Positions 27,934-32,000 of a stretch of 32,000 nt of DNA are shown one piece after another. Origin of the DNA: Desulfotalea psychrophila LSv54. GTDB taxonomy: Bacteria; Desulfobacterota; Desulfobulbia; Desulfobulbales; Desulfocapsaceae. The DNA is taken from positions 3,450,001-3,482,000 of the forward strand of contig NC_006138.1 of assembly GCF_000025945.1 (NCBI RefSeq), in the 5' to 3' direction. A model generated the notes under the pieces. It was not told the DNA's origin, did no database searches, and was given only the letters and a program-made list of their open reading frames with translations. Position 1 is the stretch's first letter; the number at the start of each line of letters is the position of its first letter. A program made the translations under genes and the position numbers.

Positions 27934-29214
27934 CTAGATATCCCCTTTAAGCGAAAACACTGAACGCAGGGTATCAACCTTGGCCTGACTTTTATCGCGT
28001 CCATGACAAGAGTCGCTCTTCAGATAATGGAGGGGATCATGAAGAAATTTGGAGCTTATACTGGCTACCATTTTCTCTATACTCCTCTGATCATGCTCCC
28101 CCAGGTCATGAAGCCTTGGCAGGGTCTTCCTCAGCTCCTGCTCTATGATCCCGGACATTTTTTCACGGAGGGCCAAAACCGTTGGTTTAACGGCAAGCCC
28201 CTGGTACCATTCATCAAACTTACGGGTCTCTTCCTCAACAATACAGCCCGCCTTTATCGCCTCATGATCACGACCGGACTTATTTACCTCAACCACATTA
28301 CTCAGATCGTCAATATCATAGAGATAGACATTTTCCAACTCATTGAGTTCAGGATCCAAATCACGGGGAACGGCAATATCAATGAAAAAGAGGGGCCGAT
28401 TACGGCGGACACGCATAATAGGGCGAACTTCAGCGCTCTCTATAATGATATGCTGGGCACCCGTCGAACTGATGATAATATCGACATCCTCAAGCTGAGC
28501 GTAGAGCTCCTCCATACAGATAGCCGTCCCGCCAAATTTGTCAGCAAGTTCAACGGCTCGGGTAAGGGTTCTATTGGCAACAACAACTGAAGAAACGCCC
28601 TGCCCCACCAAATGCTCTGCGGCAAGCTCGGCCATCTCCCCTGCCCCCACCAGCATTACCTTTTTAGTATCGAGGTTACCAAAGATCTTGCGGGCAAGTT
28701 GAACGGCGGCATAGCTAATAGAAACCGCAGAGGCACCAATAGCCGTTTCTGTACGCACCCGTTTAGCCACAGAAAATGATTTATGCAGGAGACGATTGAG
28801 CAGTGGACCTGTACAGCCGAGTGCAGATGCATGGCGATAGGCCGTCTTCAACTGCCCCAGAATCTGTGCTTCGCCAACCACCATGGAGTCAAGACTTGCG
28901 GCAACTGTGAAGAGATGCTGGACGGCAGGGAGTCCCTTTAAGGCATAGAGATAATCACGACAATCTTCCTCGGGCACCTTGCCTGCAAAGAGAAAACGAC
29001 TCACCTCGGCTTCGATATCCCTTGTACTATCTGCGTAGACAAGAATTTCGACCCTGTTACAGGTTGAGAGCAGATAGGACTCATCGCACCCCACCTCCTC
29101 TTGCAATCGTGTCAGGGCCGTTTCATAGCCATCTGTAAAGGCAATTTTTTCACGCACCGCAACCGGTGTTGTCTTATGGTTAACACCAAAAAGAAATACC
29201 TGTTTTTCAAACAT
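27934..29214 (-). CDS. hemA: Glutamyl-tRNA reductase
   Basis: The catalytic-Cys block LSTCNRVEIL is present, together with the NADPH-binding GAGEMAELAAEHL motif and a C-terminal dimerisation helix. Confidence 0.95.
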   Translation of the reverse strand: MFEKQVFLFGVNHKTTPVAVREKIAFTDGYETALTRLQEEVGCDESYLLSTCNRVEILVYADSTRDIEAEVSRFLFAGKVPEEDCRDYLYALKGLPAVQHLFTVAASLDSMVVGEAQILGQLKTAYRHASALGCTGPLLNRLLHKSFSVAKRVRTETAIGASAVSISYAAVQLARKIFGNLDTKKVMLVGAGEMAELAAEHLVGQGVSSVVVANRTLTRAVELADKFGGTAICMEELYAQLEDVDIIISSTGAQHIIIESAEVRPIMRVRRNRPLFFIDIAVPRDLDPELNELENVYLYDIDDLSNVVEVNKSGRDHEAIKAGCIVEEETRKFDEWYQGLAVKPTVLALREKMSGIIEQELRKTLPRLHDLGEHDQRSIEKMVASISSKFLHDPLHYLKSDSCHGRDKSQAKVDTLRSVFSLKGDI

Positions 29215-30028
29215 TACCGTGTACGCCTCCAGAGAAATACGCTAGTCCCCAGAGGGTAAACATCGCAAGAATAAAACCAATAATAGCCATTGTTGCCGCT
29301 CGTTTTCCACGCCAACCCACGGTCAGCCGTTGATGCATTTGTACAAGATAAAAAAGCCACGGTATAACAGTCCAATCGCATTGCCAGAAGCCATGAACAA
29401 TTCGAGCCCAAAGCACACCGGCAACAATGCCAAGAGTTAAAAATGAAAAACCCACCGTCAAACAATGATTATTGAGCATATCAAGGGAATCAAGGGAGGG
29501 CAGGCGAGAAAAAAAATAGCCGAAACGTTTCTTCTTAAGCTCACGTTCCTGAAGAAGATACATCACCCCGGCCAAAAAGGCTATCCCCAGAAAGCCATAG
29601 GCAAGGAGAGAGACACCGGCATGAAAGGGCAACCAAAGGGTCTGCTCTGTCGGACTAAGGGGAATAATATTTTTTGGTAAAAATGATGCCACCACAAGGA
29701 TCAAAAAAACCAGTAGAGATAAAAACGTACCGAGATTTTTCACACTATGTCGCCAGCGAAAGAGCAAAAATGACCAGGTCACAGCCCAGGCAAAGAAGAC
29801 CAGGGCCTCGTGCGTCGTTGTCACGGGTATATTACCCAGAAACAGGGCTCGATCCAAGATATAGAGGGTTTGAGCGACACCTGAAAAAACAAGAATAACA
29901 CGACCAGACGAGCGCAGAACCTCTTTGAGCGAAACAAAGAAGGCAATATAACTTAGACAAGACATAAAGGAGAGCACCAGGGCCAACCCAAAAAAAATAT
30001 CTTTTACATCACTTATGGTTATCATCAT
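29207..30028 (-). CDS. Cytochrome c assembly family membrane protein (CcsA/YpjD-like), usually adjacent to hemA
   Basis: It is a 273-aa polytopic membrane protein that overlaps the hemA start by 8 nt. Confidence 0.65.
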   Translation of the reverse strand: MMITISDVKDIFFGLALVLSFMSCLSYIAFFVSLKEVLRSSGRVILVFSGVAQTLYILDRALFLGNIPVTTTHEALVFFAWAVTWSFLLFRWRHSVKNLGTFLSLLVFLILVVASFLPKNIIPLSPTEQTLWLPFHAGVSLLAYGFLGIAFLAGVMYLLQERELKKKRFGYFFSRLPSLDSLDMLNNHCLTVGFSFLTLGIVAGVLWARIVHGFWQCDWTVIPWLFYLVQMHQRLTVGWRGKRAATMAIIGFILAMFTLWGLAYFSGGVHGNV

Positions 30029-30092
30029 GATATGAGCCTGTTGGCTTTATTTATTCAGAATAAAAAACGGACAGAGGTCAAATCTTGCCAGC

Positions 30093-30770
30093 TCAATTCT
30101 GACAACATTTACCACGAAAATCCTCCATTATCTCCTCTGCATCAATCTGCTTTGGCAGATGACAATACAATATTTTCGACAAATTCGCCCAACTTTCACT
30201 CTTTATACAGTCCACAAGATCATCGTCCAGCAGCTTGCGAAACATCTTTTGGTTATGACCAACATCAAGGCCCGCCGCAAGTGCTTTTTTACGGATGATG
30301 GCAAGCAAACAGAGACTGTACTCATACTCATCACCAAACTCATCCTCAAGCTTTTGCCGAATAAAACGGGAAAAGGCAGGGCTGCCGCCGTCGGTGGAAA
30401 TCGCCAACTGAAAGCCTCCCCGGCAAAAATAAGCCGGTAACTGAAAATCACAGAGCTCCGGACTATCAGCACTATTGAGCAGAGCACCATACTTTCTGGC
30501 ATCGGCTGCGGCCACGGCCTGCACCTCCACCTGATCGGTGGCGGCAAAAACTAAAAACGCCCCCGAGGCATCACCCTGCTGAAAGCCACGTAACAACAGC
30601 TCTATCTGGCCACCACCCGCAAGCGCCTGTACCTCAGGGACAACCTCCGGAGCAACAACCCGTACCCGGGCCCCATGCTCAACAAGATTACGAATTTTTC
30701 GCAGGGCAACCCGACCACCGCCAACGACAAGACAGAGCCTGCCGGCCACATTTAAATTAACAGGATACAA
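30093..30770 (-). CDS. sirC: Precorrin-2 dehydrogenase / sirohydrochlorin ferrochelatase (siroheme synthase N-terminal domain type)
   Basis: It has a Rossmann N-terminus LVVGGGRVALRKIRNLVEHGARVRVVAPE, is 225 aa long and sits in a heme-operon context. Confidence 0.8.
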   Translation of the reverse strand: MYPVNLNVAGRLCLVVGGGRVALRKIRNLVEHGARVRVVAPEVVPEVQALAGGGQIELLLRGFQQGDASGAFLVFAATDQVEVQAVAAADARKYGALLNSADSPELCDFQLPAYFCRGGFQLAISTDGGSPAFSRFIRQKLEDEFGDEYEYSLCLLAIIRKKALAAGLDVGHNQKMFRKLLDDDLVDCIKSESWANLSKILYCHLPKQIDAEEIMEDFRGKCCQN

Positions 30771-30779
30771 GAAAGACCC

Positions 30780-31532
30780 TTATTTCTTAAAGGTTAAACG
30801 ATTAACTATAATAACAATATCCTTACCCTCTTTTTTGAATTCCTGTTTGTTTATAGCAATATCAAAATCATTTTTAGCAAGTTGAAGAAACTTCGGCAAA
30901 TTTCTACGACTGGCATCATGGGCAAGCCAAATAGCTCCATCCGGCTTAAGATGCTTTTTAAACACGTTCAAGAGAGGCTCAAAAAATTCCTCTCGAAAAA
31001 CCACCTCGGCTGCGGCAAGTATATCATATTGTTTCAACTCTGGAGGGGCAAACCAATCAAACAGAGCAAAATTAACATTTGTCAGGCCTGAAGCGGCAGC
31101 GCTCACCCGTTGAAAATCAACGATCATCTCTTCATAATCAGTAATGGTAACATCCATTCCAGCGGAGGCAGCGGCAAGCCCCGGTGCACCAAGCCCTGCA
31201 CCCAATTCAAGAAGAGTCTTGCCCTGAGGTTGAGGCAGAGAGGTGAGCAGGTAGGAGAGGACAATAGCCGCGTCCCACAGACGAATCCAAAAAGGAAAAT
31301 CCGACACATCGGTATCCTGCAAGGTCTGCAAAAACTCCTGAGGATCACTCATCTTTCCCCGAAGAAATTTTTCAAGTTGGGGATTATCACCTATAAATTC
31401 ACCCAAATCGGCAATTTTAAGAAGGCGAAGGGTTTTATCTTTGACGGTGAGCTTATCAAAGGTCAAGCGATACTTCTTTTTTATTCTATTATATATCTCA
31501 CGTTCCGCATCGGGAAGATTTCGAATATCCAT
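30780..31532 (-). CDS. Class I SAM-dependent methyltransferase
   Basis: Motif I is LELGAGLGAPGLAAASAG. The start is set at ATG 31532 (MDIRNLPDAE). The gene ends 9 nt before the sirC start. Confidence 0.7.
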   Translation of the reverse strand: MDIRNLPDAEREIYNRIKKKYRLTFDKLTVKDKTLRLLKIADLGEFIGDNPQLEKFLRGKMSDPQEFLQTLQDTDVSDFPFWIRLWDAAIVLSYLLTSLPQPQGKTLLELGAGLGAPGLAAASAGMDVTITDYEEMIVDFQRVSAAASGLTNVNFALFDWFAPPELKQYDILAAAEVVFREEFFEPLLNVFKKHLKPDGAIWLAHDASRRNLPKFLQLAKNDFDIAINKQEFKKEGKDIVIIVNRLTFKK

Positions 31533-31713
31533 AAATAACACCTTGAAAAATTTATAAAAATAAAAAAATAACACCAATAATCATGAAGGCTACAGGAAGA
31601 GTAATACCCAAACCACTGTAATTTATTTTCCCTATTAGCTCCGGGAAGAAAATTTATGACATAAGCTGAAATGCCAGAAACAACTCAAGCCACGGCCCTC
31701 TTCAATAATTCAC

Positions 31714-31746
31714 AAAAAAAGGCCGGCTGAATAAAAAACAGCCGGC
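31714..31746 (-). terminator. Rho-independent terminator after the TlpA-like gene
   Basis: GCCGGCTG (31722-31729) pairs with CAGCCGGC (31739-31746). In the minus sense a U7 run follows (plus-strand A-run 31714-31720). Confidence 0.7.
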
Positions 31747-31809
31747 GAGGCAAAATACATAAGTTATGTTGTTCTGTCAATTTAAGGCTAGGGAAGGATC
31801 AATAGCTTT

Positions 31810-32000
31810 CTAGAGAAGGGGGATAATATCTTTTTCAAGCTGCTCTTCGGGAACATATCCTGTGTAACGCTTAACAACATTCCCCAGACGATTAACCAAA
31901 AAGCCAACGGGAATACCATAAATTCCGCCGAAATCACGCATTACCTGCTGATCAGCCATGAGTACAGGGTAGTTAATTCCCTTGCTACTGACAAAATCTT
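31810..32000 (-). CDS. TlpA/ResA-like thiol-disulfide oxidoreductase (redoxin), C-terminal fragment; the N-terminus lies beyond the right edge
   Basis: Manual minus-strand translation gives DFVSSKGINYPVLMADQQVMRDFGGIYGIPVGFLVNRLGNVVKRYTGYVPEEQLEKDIIPLL, ending in a stop (TAG at 31812..31810). The YGIxxxPxxFLI/V pattern is typical of TlpA-like thioredoxin folds. Confidence 0.65.
   Translation of the reverse strand, partial: DFVSSKGINYPVLMADQQVMRDFGGIYGIPVGFLVNRLGNVVKRYTGYVPEEQLEKDIIPLL

Overview
This is a chromosomal segment that looks like it comes from a sulfate-reducing or sulfur-disproportionating Desulfobacterota. That origin is an inference from a complete dsrMKJOP operon and the gene content. 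Almost everything is on the minus strand and is ordinary core metabolism.

Gene content, left to right:
- A sigma54/PAS-regulated TRAP transporter locus with two tandem DctP paralogs and a fused DctQM permease. The permease is truncated at the left edge and is absent from the ORF track.
- A Bax-like glucosaminidase, aroC, a ClC channel with CBS and TrkA-C domains, and a ZnuABC-type metal importer.
- A five-gene molybdenum hydroxylase operon (FAD subunit, 2Fe-2S subunit, Mo subunit, YqeC, MocA).
- A flavodoxin-like orphan gene.
- dsrMKJOP, preceded by an RsbRD_N-like gene.
- A Prc/S41 tail-specific protease.
- A methyltransferase, sirC, ccsA-like, hemA, orf167 operon.
- A partial TlpA-like redoxin at the right edge.

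I found no mobile elements, CRISPR arrays, tRNA genes or rRNA genes.

The stretches that standard annotation does not explain are:
1. The 646-bp gene-free gap between the convergent znuB and mocA genes (12858-13503). It holds seven perfectly phased 42-bp units with a conserved TATACA-N2-TGTATA dyad, a perfect 14-bp hairpin, and a 166-nt rod-like imperfect palindrome whose pairing favours a plus-strand RNA.
2. A single in-frame UGA that splits dsrO between its Tat signal and its ferredoxin domain.
3. The YqeC marker, which suggests a selenium-dependent Mo hydroxylase.
4. Large dyad elements upstream of a textbook sigma54 promoter and upstream of the dsr operon.

All functional calls come from motif recognition by eye. 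No database searches were run.
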